Shown here in pieces: positions 39,524-53,159 of a stretch of 64,000 nucleotides of DNA. This stretch comes from Felis catus. Its lineage: Eukaryota. The DNA lies in assembly GCF_018350175.1 (NCBI RefSeq), contig NC_058369.1, positions 26,972,001 to 27,036,000 of the forward strand, given 5' to 3'. The notes below the pieces were generated by a model. It searched no databases. It worked only from the letters and a program-made list of their open reading frames with translations, and had not been told where the DNA came from. A program made the position numbers and the translations under genes. Numbering within the stretch: position 1 is the stretch's first letter; every line of letters starts with the position of its first letter.

Positions 39524-39715
39524 CAGACAGACAGAGAGACAGAGAGCAAGCAGGGGAGGGGCAGAGAGAGAGAGAGAGAGACACAGAATCCGAAGCAGGC
39601 TCCAGGCTCTGAGCTGTCAGCACAGAGCCTGACATGGGGTTCGAACTCATAAACCGTGAGATCATGACCTAAGGCAAAATTGGACACTTAATAGACTGAG
39701 CCACCTGCGTGCCCC
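39374..39715 (-). mobile_element. Can-SINE with duplicated 3' microsatellite/tail module
   Basis: TTTATTTAAT(AT)n(AG)n...GCAAGC appears twice upstream of one SINE body. Confidence 0.9.
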
Positions 39716-40244
39716 TCTACATACATATATATTAATTATATTTATTAGTCTCCCCCCTGTAGAATATAAGTTCTAAGAGGGCAGAATATATCTCATGTGT
39801 TTAGCATATAATATATATTGACATATAAAAGGAAATTCAATGAATACTTTTGAGTGAATGAATAAACAAATTAATACTTCATAAATTTTCTAATGCTCAA
39901 TCATTATGAATACAGCATTTGATTTTTAGTGATGATGTTACACATACACATATATTTAAGAACTTTAATTTTGTACTTATCACTTACATTTAAATTCTGC
40001 CTCTCTAGATTGTAATTTTTCAATTAAATATCCATTGCTAATGACATCTTTTCATTAGTTCTCTATAGAAATATGGTCACACATCATAAAGAGGAGCAAT
40101 ATGGCATTTTCTACCCATGTGGAAAGAGCAATTATCCTGAACTAAGCCTAACATTTAATATCTCTGCATCTCTCTGTTAGTTCTTGGGAGTCATCACTAT
40201 AATTCAGTTGCTTTATTTTTCCTTATATTGGGAAAGAATAGGGA

Positions 40245-40450
40245 AGTAACATTTACTGAGTGCCTACTAGGTGATAAGTGGTTGCCATGTATTTAATTAT
40301 ATTTATTTCATTAATTCCGACAGTAGTTCAGTGAGGAAAATACTGTTAGCATCCCCATTTCATAGACCAGGCAACAGAGCTCAAAGAGGTGCTATAAATT
40401 TCCCACATCACAGCTCCCGGGGATGGACTCTGGCTGTGCGGCCACAGTGT
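40245..40450 (-). mobile_element. MIR
   Basis: AACATTTACTGAGTGCCTACTA...ATCCCCATTTCATAGA...AACAGAGCTCAAAGAGG. Confidence 0.7.
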
Positions 40451-40761
40451 GTCCCTCTGCCATACTGACCTCGACTCCAGGCCATGCTCACCGTTTCTCA
40501 AGCATCAGCTCCTTGCCTCTGCCTGGCCCTCACCTTTCTCAGGTCTTCCTTACACAGTGCTTTTATTCTTTTATTTGGTTGGTCAATAGTGTTCCTAGTC
40601 ATGTGACAGGAATGCCAAACTAAGCCTTTTGGTGTTCAGTGAGTAGCTTTTGCCATTGAGGTTTTTGAGCAGAGGACTGTTTATCCAGGGAGCAGAGGGG
40701 AGGTTGTGTGACAGCCGCAGCGGCTAGAGATGCATGAGTGGGCAGGTGATAGTCTGGAGGC

Positions 40762-41214
40762 TGGTTGGCAAAATAATGGCCCCCAAAATGTCTGTGTCCT
40801 AATCTCTGGAACCTGTAAATATATTATATTACCTAGTGAAAGGGTCTTTGCAGATGTGAGAGGGTATACTGGTTTATCCAGGTGGCCCTATTCTAATCAC
40901 ATGAATCCTTAAAAGCAGACAACTTTTATGGATGTGGTCAGAAGGAGATGTGGCTCAGAAGAATGGTCTGAGAAATGCAATTTGAAGACAAAGCAAGGGG
41001 GCCAGGTGCCAAAGTATGTAGGCAGCCTTTAAAAGTTGGAAAAGGCAAGGCAAGGGATTCTTTCCTAGAGGCTCCGCAAAGGAACGCAGCCCTGCTGACA
41101 CCTTGGTTTTAGTCCAGTGAGACCCCTGTTGCACAGAATTGTACAACAGTAATAGTTGCTGTAATTCACTAAGCTTGTGGTAACTGGTTATGGCAGCAGT
41201 AGAAAACTAATATA
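40762..41214 (+). mobile_element. MaLR solo LTR (MLT1C/D-like)
   Basis: AATAATGGCCCCCAAAATGTCTGTGTCCTAATCTCTGGAACCTGT...TATGGCAGCAGTAGAAAACTAATATA. Confidence 0.9.
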
Positions 41215-41699
41215 AAGAGACATTTAGCCTACAATGGGTCAGTAGGAATTTCACTCTTCTGCTCAGAACTCTAGCTTTCCCTCCTTCCCACAGCTTGAAA
41301 TCTCAACCTTCTTGCCCAGTTCTCCAGGTTCTGTGTGACCTGCCCATGCTGCATTTCTCAGTGGTGGCCCCTCTGAGCTCCATTGGTTAGGCCACTTTCC
41401 TTTTTGCCCCATGAACCCATGGTGCTCACTTTCCTGTCTGTACATGATGTTCCTTCCAAGAAAGTTACCTGTTCTTCCATTTCTTTTCTTGATTGCATCT
41501 GCCCTTTTTGAGCCCTGTCCTTTCTGATCAGCTCCAGTGTCAATGTCCAGGAGATACAGTCAGCACTCCACTATATTCATACATTTCATCTGTGCTGTAT
41601 GTTACCAAGTTTTCTTAGCTGTTTGACATATTATATCCTATTTTGTATTGGTTGCTACTTTTAAAAAATGCCACATATTATTCTATAGTGTATTAGAAA

Positions 41700-41860
41700 A
41701 TGTGATTTAGTGGAAAGATTATGTGCCTAGAGTTCTGAATAAGCACTTTTCTAGCTGTGCACCCTTGGTGAGATATTTAACCTCTCTGAACCTTGGTTTC
41801 CTTATCTGTAAAATGGAAGTGGTCGTATCTACTTCACAGGATTTTTCTAAGGATTAAAAC
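41700..41860 (+). mobile_element. MIR
   Basis: TTTAACCTCTCTGAACCTTGGTTTCCTTATCTGTAAAATGG core. Confidence 0.8.
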
Positions 41861-42806
41861 ATTCCAGAATGCTTCATTCCTCTGCTCCTGGAGGGCAGAG
41901 ACAATGCCTTATTATTCCTCCACATGCTGTCAACATCCATTACTATGCTTAGGCACAAGGTAGGCTTACAGATTGACCTCTGTTTATTGGCAAACTTGCA
42001 CATCTTGTTGCAGATTTTTCCATCATTTCTGTACTTTCACACCCCACCACTAACCTTTCATACAGCATTATGTAATGGCTGGTTTAAAAGTTTTAGCTTT
42101 TATATCGTCTATTTAATTTCTGGAAGACCTCTAATTTTACAAAATGTTTATGGAGACTGACCTCCAGATAAAACTCCCGTGATTACCCAGGGTTACTCCC
42201 CATGGATTCTCTGCAAGTGCCCCATTTTATATTATTTCCTGATCTCAACATACCTAACTCCACAAAGCTGGTCTCCTATTTCTTGATGTCTTTCATCTTT
42301 CATTTGATATGGACACCGTTTCAGGTTTATTGCCCATGGATCCAGGTGTTTCTGTGATAGGCCAGGTGTTTTATAATATAGGAGTACTTTCACTGCCTGC
42401 ATTCTCAAGATTTGAGGGATGCAGGTTATCTGCTTTGGAAACATTCTTTGCTTTTCATGGTTCTCGATTTCGTCTCTATTTCAAGAAACATTAACCCTTG
42501 GTTGCTCTCTTTGGCTACCTTTTTGCGAATTTTAGATGTGTTCCTTCCATGGCCCTGACTAGCCAGAAGAGCAAAGTCTTTCATTTCTTCAGGAAGTCTC
42601 TGTTCTTCCCTCTTCTCTGATTACATCTTGATGATAACCCTGTCAGGTCTGGATCTTTTGTCAGTGAACTTTGCTTCTTACCATTGTATTTTTATGCTAG
42701 TATTACAGTGTCTGACATCTGCTTGGCTTGAACTTGCTGGAAGAAATCTTTATAGGCAAGATGATTTATTGCTAAAAATTGAGTCCCAAGTGTGTCTTAG
42801 GAAACC

Positions 42807-42807
<1 letters not shown>

Positions 42808-42850
<43 letters not shown>
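42808..42850. repeat. (TG)n microsatellite
   Basis: Directly visible, ~21 units. Confidence 0.97.
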
Positions 42851-42854
<4 letters not shown>

Positions 42855-45394
42855 TTTAGAAGAGGAGTTCTTTCTTCCTTTGGGGTAATTTTTGCAAAGA
42901 GTTTCAGACTAACACCTATTTTTGGAAAGAAGCATTCATAATTCTTTGAGACTATTTTTGTCTCTAGAATGTCTAACAATTCTTTCTCTCTGTATGTGGT
43001 CAATATAGTTGGTTCTTAACCTGGTATGCCTGGGAAGTAGTATATAGCAGGCCACTACAGGAATGTCCCCAAACTTTGATCAATGTATAAAATTTGTTTT
43101 TGCTAACACTGAGTCATACTGTTATGCTTCTAGGGTGTTGTCTGTCAGATGAATCACTGACTTGAGCAGACTATGTAATGTACTATATAGTGGGATACAG
43201 CTGGTGGCATTTAAAAGTATGGCATAATGTCAACCTAGTGCCAAAGAAAGAGTTTCCATTTACTGAAACATTAATTCTTAGCCTCATTCATTCTAAGAGA
43301 TTGTGGTCAAGGCAGAAAACAGATCTCATAGAGATAGATTGCTGCAAGGTGACCAAGGGTAGTAAGATAAGACACTTTTACAGAGATGCAAAACATGGTT
43401 ACACTGTGATAATGATGTTTTGTAAATATTGTTGACGTTTTATAATGTTTTTTGTCTTTTTATACTTTCAAATATAAAACCAAAAAAGGCTAATATGTGA
43501 GGAATATGTGAATATCTGAATATTCCAAGCTTTAATATGAGCATTCTAAAAGGGAGGAAGGCTTTCTGTGCTATATATTTCAATTGGGTGAAGGAGAAAT
43601 AGAATTTTGCATTATCAATTACTTTTCAGGAACCTGTGTCCTGATTGCTGTAAACTTTTTGAAAATAGGTGACAATATACTTATAATTATTTCCAAAAAA
43701 ATGGGACTAAGCATTTCTGAAACATTTTTGTTTCTTAGAAGATGTTCAACTATTTTCCTTGGTGCCCTTCTCTACCGACAGCTTACAGAAGTGGACAGGT
43801 GGGCTGGAAACAGCCTTTCTTATGCAAAGCTGTTTATGAACTACCTTTTATACTCATTGCTCCATAAAAGCAAATGTGCAGAGTTCTCTACTAGTAATTT
43901 ATGATAGCCTCCTCTTAATAATAGAGATAGCAACTGCTTTTACATAAATCAGATTTTGTTGCTCATAAATTCTATGCTGATGTTAACACATTTGTACAAA
44001 TTTGTAGCAAGAAGGGCTTGCTAGGCATTTTCATACTTGCTTTTCCATTGCACAATACTTTGGGCTTCCCTTTATTGAAACTTCCAGAGCTTTGCACATA
44101 GGATGAATTACAATTGGTTTTTAGATTTTCCTGAGGGTTAGAGTTTCAGAAATTTGCTTGATTAATTTATTCAACAAATATTTAGTAAATATTTAACATA
44201 TTTAGGGAAAGCTCCCAGAAAGTCAAGGTCAAAGGAATGAAGTACCATATAAATATTAAGTAAATATAGCATCAGAGGTCCTCACGGTTTTCTTTGCCAC
44301 AGTGTTCACCTCATTCAAAGTGATAAAACTCCCTTATGGAAATAAGTTCCATGTTTGAAAATCTCTTGCTTTTATCATTTGAAAAAAAAGTCTACAAATG
44401 AGGTCATTGTGATGAACCCCCTCACCAGATGAGGAAACCAGAAACTCTGAGATTATCCCCAAGGAAGTAGAGACTGGTGATTAGACTTTTATCTGAATGT
44501 TAGTTTTGCATTTTGACCAGAAGGGTGCACTGTTGTATTTTATTTATTGCTTGGGGGGGGGGGGGGAGAAAAAGAAAACAACAGTGTTCTTTCCAATGAA
44601 TTTAATTCATACATCCTTGTAATTTGTGCTTTCTTTTGAATTTTATTAGCATTTTAGTTTCAATTCTTAACTTCCTAGGTTCTTTTGAGTCCTTTCTTGA
44701 AGGCTCACAGAGAATGGTACCAGCATGCCAAAAACCTGACACAGCAACACTGTTTTACCTGTTCTGGTTTTCTGTCCTCTGAGGGAGGAATTTATCATCT
44801 TTGTTACAGATGAAACAGGTTTGGCGGTAGATGCTTCCAGATGTGACGCTCTGGAATGTTCCCAACCTTGACATCTGGGGTTCAGCTAGCTCATGCTCAA
44901 CTTTCTTTTCCGCTTTCCCGGGCTGAGGTTAATGGGGGTTACATAGTCATCCTCTAGGTGTCATTTAGGCCCCCCGAATTGTTACTGTTGGGATTTTCAA
45001 TTTTCATAGGAAAACATGTATGTGCACTGTCCCTCCTAACTAGCTCTTTTAAAAACCAAAAATAACATCACAACAACAAAAATCCTTTATTCTGAAAGTT
45101 TATTGCTAATGAATCATTGTAGGTAGATCATACAAGAAAGTAACAGGACACACATGAATACTTTTTTCTGAGACTTCTTTGGAGATAAAATTTTGGTCAT
45201 AGTTACATATGGAGAGAAATGCATGCCTGATCTCAGATTTCTCAAGCATGGAATTGGCACAGTAGACTTCTAGTCCTTTGTTAACAACATTATTTATAGT
45301 TCTTCCAAGAATTTTTCCAAGCATACACTATCATGATTTTTAATTAATAACATCTACAAATATGAAGGGATTGCTTTTTAAATAAGTAAACACA

Positions 45395-45628
45395 GGGGCG
45401 CCTGGGTGGCGCAGTCGGTTAGGCGTCCGACTTCAGCCAGGTCACGATCTCGCGGTCCGTGAGTTCGAGCCCCGCATCGGGCTCTGGGCTGATGGCTCAG
45501 AGCCTGGAGCCTGTTTCCGATTCTGTGTCTCCCTCTCTCTCTGCCCCTCCCCCGTTCATGCTCTGTCTCTCTCTGTCCCAAAAATAAATAAACGTTGAAA
45601 TAAATAAATAAATAAATAAATAAGTAAG
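45395..45628 (+). mobile_element. Very young felid-type Can-SINE (SINEC_Fc-like)
   Basis: Most CpGs intact; TSD TAAGTAAACACA at 45383-45394 and 45629-45640; (TAAA)n tail. Confidence 0.97.
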
Positions 45629-48600
45629 TAAGTAAACACAAAGAAAATGGTAGTATCAAGTCAGAGGGATAATGTATAAATGGCCCATCATAATCTTACC
45701 TGTGTGTAAAATGTAAAGAAAAAGATTAGAAGAAAATATATCTAAATGAGCAACGTGGTTTTCTTTGGGTGTTAGGATTATCGAAGATTTCTTTCTGCCT
45801 TTTGACACTTCTGTAATGTTAAAGTTATCTATGTGAGAATAATATGCTACATTTATAATTAGAAAAGAGAAAGAAAAATATCTTGTCCTATACAAACTAA
45901 AATAGTCAAAGCAATTTAATCGGAAGCTTCCTAACATCATCTTGTTACAAATACCAGATTTTAACATTTAAAGGCAGAAGTTTTAAAATGTAAGCGGTCA
46001 TATATATTTATGGATTCAACATTTAAAAATCAGCTTAAACTAAAAAAAATGTCCAATTTCTATGGGATGCTTTGCTATGTACATGTGCATATTGATTTAA
46101 TACATGAAGTTACCATTTTCATAGTAGCCTCCATTCCTAGTCCGTATTCCACAACCACAGCTAAAGCACTGACACCTATCTGAGTACAATTCAGTAAAAT
46201 AGCTGGCATCACTCTTTTTTTTGTTTCTCTTTTTCTTTTTGGATTTGGCCAGCTCTTGGACTAAATTAACCCAATCAACTGATGACCTTATGTCATGTAT
46301 GCACAACTCAATTAACTGCAAATATTTGAACCTATTAATGATCAACCAGTCTCTTTAACACTTTTGCTTCTGTTTCAGTTTTCTGTTATTTTGGTTTTGT
46401 AGGTCAAGTGCAAGAGGTTGAGTCTGCAGCTAGACAAGAGCAGTAACCCTTATTATTGGGATGGTCACCACCCGGTGGATGGTAAAAGTTTGATTTTCAC
46501 CTACATGGGTCCACTAACCAGGCTTTTCTCATCTGGGACTAGGGTGAAGTGAAGGAGGCATTTTTGGATAACATACTTGTGGATAACTCTGGGAATAGTT
46601 AATCCATGAATATTTTTCTGAAGACTTTCTTAAGACTTTTATATGTGTTGGTGGGTCAGTCATTGGTGTTCGTACTCTGTTGAAGATGTAATGATGGAAT
46701 TTGAATCAAAGGAATAAAAATTCAAAATTATGGAAAACACAGTTAACACATCAGAGTTTTTCTTATATTATTCCCATGCAACTCCAATATACCATTAATA
46801 CATATGTGTTTAACTAGAACATAATTACTTATAGCTGAAGTTTGACCATATTTTAGCTGTAACAAATATGAGGGATATGAAAATCTTTCAGCAAAGGCAG
46901 TAAACCACTATGGCAGTATTTCTCATCTCTTGGTAGGAGATTGGGAGTGGAGTGGGCATATCCTTCCAGTAGGATGTGTTTGGGTTAAAAAAAAAAGCAT
47001 ACCCTTCTTCACCCTCCAGTTGAAAACCCTGTGAATTGAGCATTATGGTGTCTCATCTATAGTACATAATTTTTATAATTTGTGTGTACTTAGTTTTATC
47101 CTTACTTGGTAACAAGCAAAGAAGAGCTGTACTTGTTCATTTATTTCCTACTTCATTTCACAAAGGCTATGAGACAGTATCTTAGTCATCTTTCTAGCTC
47201 TATAGCCTTAGCACCAACCCTTGCACACAATTGATGCTTGATGAATATTTTAGAAATGATATTTGAGATATGTTAATGAGTTAGAAGTTTACCAGAATAA
47301 AGAAAAGTCTTTTGAATTTCAAAGACATTTGAGGCATGAATTCAAGTGTGAACAAACAGATGTGGGGTTGAGTGATTACATGAGTTCAGGCTAGTGGTAC
47401 AGGGCAGACTGTATGTAAGAACTGTCCTGGCTGACCTCACATACCAACCAATAAAGACAGGAACACCATCATTCTTTGTGATCACATTTTATTTCACTTC
47501 ATTTAGACTGATTATAGTAACCATTTAAAAATCCTCATCTACTAGTTCCAAAATCTGGTTCAGTTTGGAGGAAGAATTGGTTGATTTTCTTTTCTTTTGA
47601 GACAGTGTTCCATTTTCTTCATTCTTCACATGATTGGTAATTTTGAATTGTGTCCTAGACGTTATTTGTTAAGCTGTGGAGGTTCTGTATTATGTTATTT
47701 ACTCTCATGAATATTGCTTCTTTTGTTTTAGTAGGCAATTATGTTGACTGGACTTGCAAATCCTATTTCTTGCAGTGGTAATGTAGACCTCAGTTCAGAT
47801 GTTTTGTCACTAGCTGAGCTGCTTTGAGCCTGTTCCATGGTTGTGTGGTTCAAGGATCAGTTAGAAATGTAGGTGAGGAATTTGACAATTCTTTCTCTAG
47901 GTCTTTCCCTTCCAGGATCAACCCACTACCTTCTGCAGTGATGGTTTCCCCGGCTTTATTTTTCTGGTTCTCAAGCCAGAAATACTTCAATGTTCCTAAT
48001 TGCACCCTCTTAACTTGCCCCCTTGCCTGCTGGTGTCAACTACACTTAGCTCCAGGCTAAAGGCTGTGCAGATAGGGTGTTTGTACTCTTTTCTGCTCAT
48101 TCTCCATGCTGTAAAGGTTGTCACTCTTTGTAGTATATCCTGGTGTTATTTTGTTTGTGTGTGCAGGGGTATTGTTGCATAGTCTCTTAGTCTTCATTCC
48201 CAGAACCACAGTCTTTTTACTTGACTTTAAAAGAATTATTATGGCAATACATATTCACTTTAGAAGATTAAACTTTAATCTTTTCACCTGTAGATAATCA
48301 CTGTTAATATTTTGAGGTATATACTTCCATTCTTTGTATATGCTTCAGAATTATGTATATACACATGTAAATACATATATATAAATACATGCAGACACAA
48401 AAGGACATAAATAAACAAATATTCAATGGGATCACACTGTTTGGTAACCTGATTTTCTTACTTAAAATACCATATGTCTTTCCATGCCTGTAAATACACA
48501 TTTATATTATTATTTTATGGTTGTTTTGTTTTTTAATTGTATGGATACATAATTTATAACCCAATCACGTATTGTTAGGTGCTTAGGCTGTCTCCATTTT

Positions 48601-48820
48601 TCATTGTTATAAATAATTCTTTTAGGCAAACATCCATGTTCACATGATTATATACTTTATAACTATTAATTGAATTGTTTTATTAGAATACATTTCTAGT
48701 AATGGTATTTTGCATCAAAGATATATACATTTTTAAGGATTTAAATGCATTTTAACAAATAAAGATTTGTCATAATTTATTCTTACATAAAATTGTAATA
48801 ATTTATTCTACTGTAGTATT

Positions 48821-49296
48821 TGTAGTAGGCTGAATAATAGTCCCCTCAAGTATCAAGTCTTAATCTTTGGAACCTGTAATGTTACTTTATTTGGAAAAAG
48901 TCTTTGCAGATGTGACTAAATAAAAAACCTAAGATGGAGAGATTTTCCTGGATTCTCCAGGTGGATCCTAAAAGCAGTCACAAGTGTCTTTATAAGAGAG
49001 AGGCAGTGGAAAATCACAGACAGAAGAGGACAAGACAGTATGACCACAGAAGCGGAGATTGGAGTGATGTGGTCACAAACCAAGGAATACTGGCAACCAC
49101 CAGAAGCTGGAAGAGGAAAGAAATGGGTTCTCTCTAGAGCCTACACAGGAACTACATGCCCGCCAACATGTTGATTTTGGCTCAGTGATGCTGATTTGGT
49201 ACATCTGGCCTCTAGAACTGTGAGAGAATAAATTTCTTTTGTGGTAAACCACCAAGTTTTGGTTATTTGTTGCAGCAGCCACAGGAAACTAATGTA
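48821..49296 (+). mobile_element. MaLR solo LTR (MLT1C/D-like) amid old antisense L1M fragments (~47520-48810)
   Basis: TGTAGTAGGCTGAATAAT...CTAGAACTGTGAGAGAATAAATTTC...GCAGCCACAGGAAACTAATGTA. Confidence 0.9.
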
Positions 49297-49877
49297 GTGT
49301 ATGAGAATGAATAGTTTCTTCTACGCTGTGGAAATCCTTTATGGTCTTTAAGATGAAATTGAACCTTATTTCATGATTCTTTGAATTGTGACAAATTTAT
49401 TTTTCTTGCCTATTTTAAATCCTTGGTTTTGCAGTTTTTTGATGCAACAGCCAACTTGAACTTATTTCTTTTTGAAATGCAATACCTCCTGTTTTCACAA
49501 TTCTGTCTCTGATATAAGAATCTAATAAGGATAGCCTAAAAGTAAAGAGATTAAACTTAAGCTATTTCAGTTCTATGTACATTGTTCTGTAATTTTTATC
49601 AGTCTTTATTAAGTTCATACCATTTCAGTCATAAGAACATTTCTAGAAACAAGTATTTCCTCTTTTCAGAAGTACAAATTTAAGCTTCTGAAAGATAAAA
49701 TATGTACTTAAATAATTTGTATCTATTTTCATTCTCTAAACATTTTGAAAGATTCATCTAAGCAGAAAAGAACAAAATAACTTTAAGATAGTTTAAAAAA
49801 CTATTTTCCACTGGAGACTACCAAATTATTTCTCTCTCACATATTCTCTCTTTTTCTCTCTTCTTGACACAAACATA

Positions 49878-49881
49878 TACA

Positions 49882-49921
<40 letters not shown>

Positions 49922-49959
49922 GCCCACGCCCACCACCACCACCACCACCACCACCACCA
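49878..49959. repeat. (CA)n-(CCA)n compound microsatellite
   Basis: Directly visible. Confidence 0.95.
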
Positions 49960-50049
49960 TAAATACACAAATGGGATCACATGTTTTATACTTTCAAAAT
50001 GTAGTATTTTATGCTTTGCTTTAAAAATGTAGCATTTTCTTTTTTTCTT

Positions 50050-52500
50050 GGCTTCCTTTTCCTTCTTACTTTTCTCCCATTCCCTTGTCCCACATCACCA
50101 AACTTTCCTATCTGGAAAACCCATGTTAACAATCTGGTATATATCCTCTTGTATTAGCCTTAGTGGTCATATAGTCATGAAAAAACATGACTATATCATT
50201 GTTTGACAAAATGACTAGATCATTGTTTGACAAAAATGGGATTATGATATTATACAATACTTTGTGTAACTTTAAAAATTATTTAATAATACTCATGGAT
50301 ATTCTTCTAAGTCTATTGGTTTAGCTCTAATTCATTTTTTTTTGATAGAGGCATAATAGTCATTAATGTGACTTGACCAGTTAACCTCCTCTTATTGAAG
50401 GGCACCACTTACTTTGTAATATTTTGCTACCTTGAATAGTGCTGTTATAAATATTCTTGTAAATACATTTTTGCATATGAGCACTTTTATAGGGGAGATT
50501 CTGAGGTATAGGATTGCTAGGACAAAGGCTATAGATAATTTAGTTTTAATAAGTACTGCCAGACTGTTTCCAAAAAGGCTATACCAATTCATATTTTCAT
50601 CAGCAGTGTAGAGATATGTCCATTTTCCTCTCATCCCTGCAAGGAATGGACATTACTACTCTTTCATTTTTGCCTTTACACTAGGTAGAAAATATTGTAT
50701 TGATTATTGTTCTTTTCCTTACTTTTAATGAGGTTGAGTATTTTTTTATATGTTTGCAGTCATTTGGATTTGCTCTTTCCATATTCTTTGACCCTTTTTC
50801 CATTGGGATATTTAATTTTCCTGTTGATTCAAAAAAGACACTTGTGTATTATAGATTTTACCCCACCAGCTCTCATTTCTATTGGAAATATATCCTCAAA
50901 TCTATATATGTTTTTGTGGACTTTGTTTATCATATCTTTCTCCATACAAATGTTTAACAATTATCTATTGTGTGGGTTCATCTATTCTTTTGTTATCTCT
51001 GGGTTTTCTGTCTTTATTATAAAGGTCTTCTATACCTTCTAGATTATACATGTAGTCTTCTAGATTTATTATGTTTTATTTTTTTATGGTTTAGTCTTTA
51101 TCTGAGATTTATTTTTGTTTAAGTTGCAAGAGAGAGGTCCACCTATGTTTTCTTCCAGATGAATAACCAACTTGGTCTATGTTGTTTAAAACTGTTCATT
51201 CCTTTTTTAGCTGAACTAAAATAAAATTTCTGATATATATTTAATCCTCAAATTTAGAGAAATCTGGTTGTGGATTTTCTGTTTATTACATGGACTACCC
51301 AGTGAATACGTTGGTGCCATTATGATATTATTTTGATTACAATAGAGTATTAAAGTTCTAATATTTGTTAAGACATGCAATCCTTTATTCTTCTTCTTCA
51401 TCTTTTTCCTAGTTCCTTCTGGGCTTTTTCCCCCCTCTCTTAGATCTAAACTTTAAGGTAAGTGGATCTAATTCTTAAAAGTCTCTCAGTTCTGTTTTAA
51501 TTGTATTAAATCTATATATTAAGTTTTGGATTCTTTTGGTGGTTTTGAAATCCTCCCATTCAGGAATGTCACACTTCTTTGCATTTATTCAAAGAGATAT
51601 TGACTTCTGTATATTTATATTATTCAGCTCTTTGATAACTTCATTAAATTTAGTGGTAGTTTACTAGAGTCACTTTGGTTTATAAGGCACAGAATCCTAT
51701 AATCAGCAAATAAGGGGGGGCCTGTGTGGCTCAGTTGGTTAAGCGTCCAACTCTTGATTTCGTCTCAGGTCATGGTCTCATGGTTTGTGAGTTCAAGCTG
51801 TGCATTGGGCTCTGCACTGACAGTGGGAAGCCTGCTTTGGATTCTCTCTCTCCCCCCCTCTCTCTCTGCTCCTCCCAAACTCATGCTCTCTCTCTCTCTT
51901 TCTCTCTTTCTCTGTCTCTGTCTCTCTCTCTCAAAAAAAAAAAAGCAAAACAAAACACAAAAGGCTATTATCTCTTTTTTCCCCAATATTTATACCTGTT
52001 ATTTTATCTTCTTGCTGTATTTTATTTTTTTGAACTGCCAAGTTACTATTAAACTAAAGATGATAAAAGTCACCTCAGTATAGCTCCCAACTTAAAATGG
52101 GCTTAGTGTTTCATAATTTAGGAAATTATTTTTCAGTCATTGGTAAATAAACTTTATCATATTTGAGTCATTGGTGTGTATTCTGTTTTTATTTAGCTTT
52201 TATGTCAGAGATAGCTGCTTAGTTTTATCTAAGGCCCTTTCAGCAAACATTGATATTATCATGTGCTTTTTCTTCTTTAATTTAATGATATGATGAATTT
52301 ATAATTTTAGATTTCCTGATATTGTCACTCTTGAATTCCTATAATATACTTTAGTTGATCATGTGGTATTATTATTCTTTGCTGCATTGTTGGATTACAT
52401 TGCTAAGATGTTTTTTCATCATTTCATCCTTACTCATGAATTATACTGGTCTACAGTTTTCTCCTATGTGGTTTGCACAAGCTGTACTTTAAAAATATCT
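50050..52500 (-). mobile_element. Old L1ME-like element
   Basis: Degenerate antisense L1 motifs (GCTGTTATAAATATTCTTGT, GGATTGCTAGGACAAAGG, CTTTTAATGAGGTTGAG). Confidence 0.65.
51715..51945 (+). mobile_element. Can-SINE
   Basis: SINE head, long CT tract, poly(A). Confidence 0.93.
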
Positions 52501-53159
52501 GTTAAAAATATTTCGCTAATGGTTTTGTTAATCAAGTACAGAGTCAAATTTTGTGAATGCAAGTATTCATCCAACAAATATTGATCAAGCTCAGTTCCAA
52601 GCCAGCTTTTTTTCTAGGTGCTGGTGACATAGCAGTCAACAGCACAGATATATACCTTGCTTTGTGGGGTTTATATTTTAATGAAATGACAATATTCCAT
52701 TGAGACATAAAGATATCATTAAGTTTAATTATTTCATTTAATTCCTCTCTGTCCATATTTATTTTTTTGTGTACCAGGTTTGTTCAACTCTGAAAAGGTT
52801 CACTACTATTTTAATTTACCAAGCTCTGCTTCATTTGTAATATATTTGTTTCTTATTTTAGATGCTGTATTTTTTGATGCCTATAGATTTATAACTGTTA
52901 GATTATGTAATTGTACTACATGATATTCTCTCTATATTAGATTAGTCTTTATTAATATTAACATTGCTGCTGCTTTTTCTTTTGTTTGCTTGTATTAATC
53001 TCTTATAAAGTGATTTTCAGGCTTGGTTTCTTTTATTTGGGTAAATGTAGTTGGGTTTTGTTTTATACCCTGATATGACTATCTCTCTTCTTTAATGTGA
53101 GAATTTGGTTTTGCCATATTTAGTATTATGACTATGTAGTTGATGTTATTTCTTTTATG

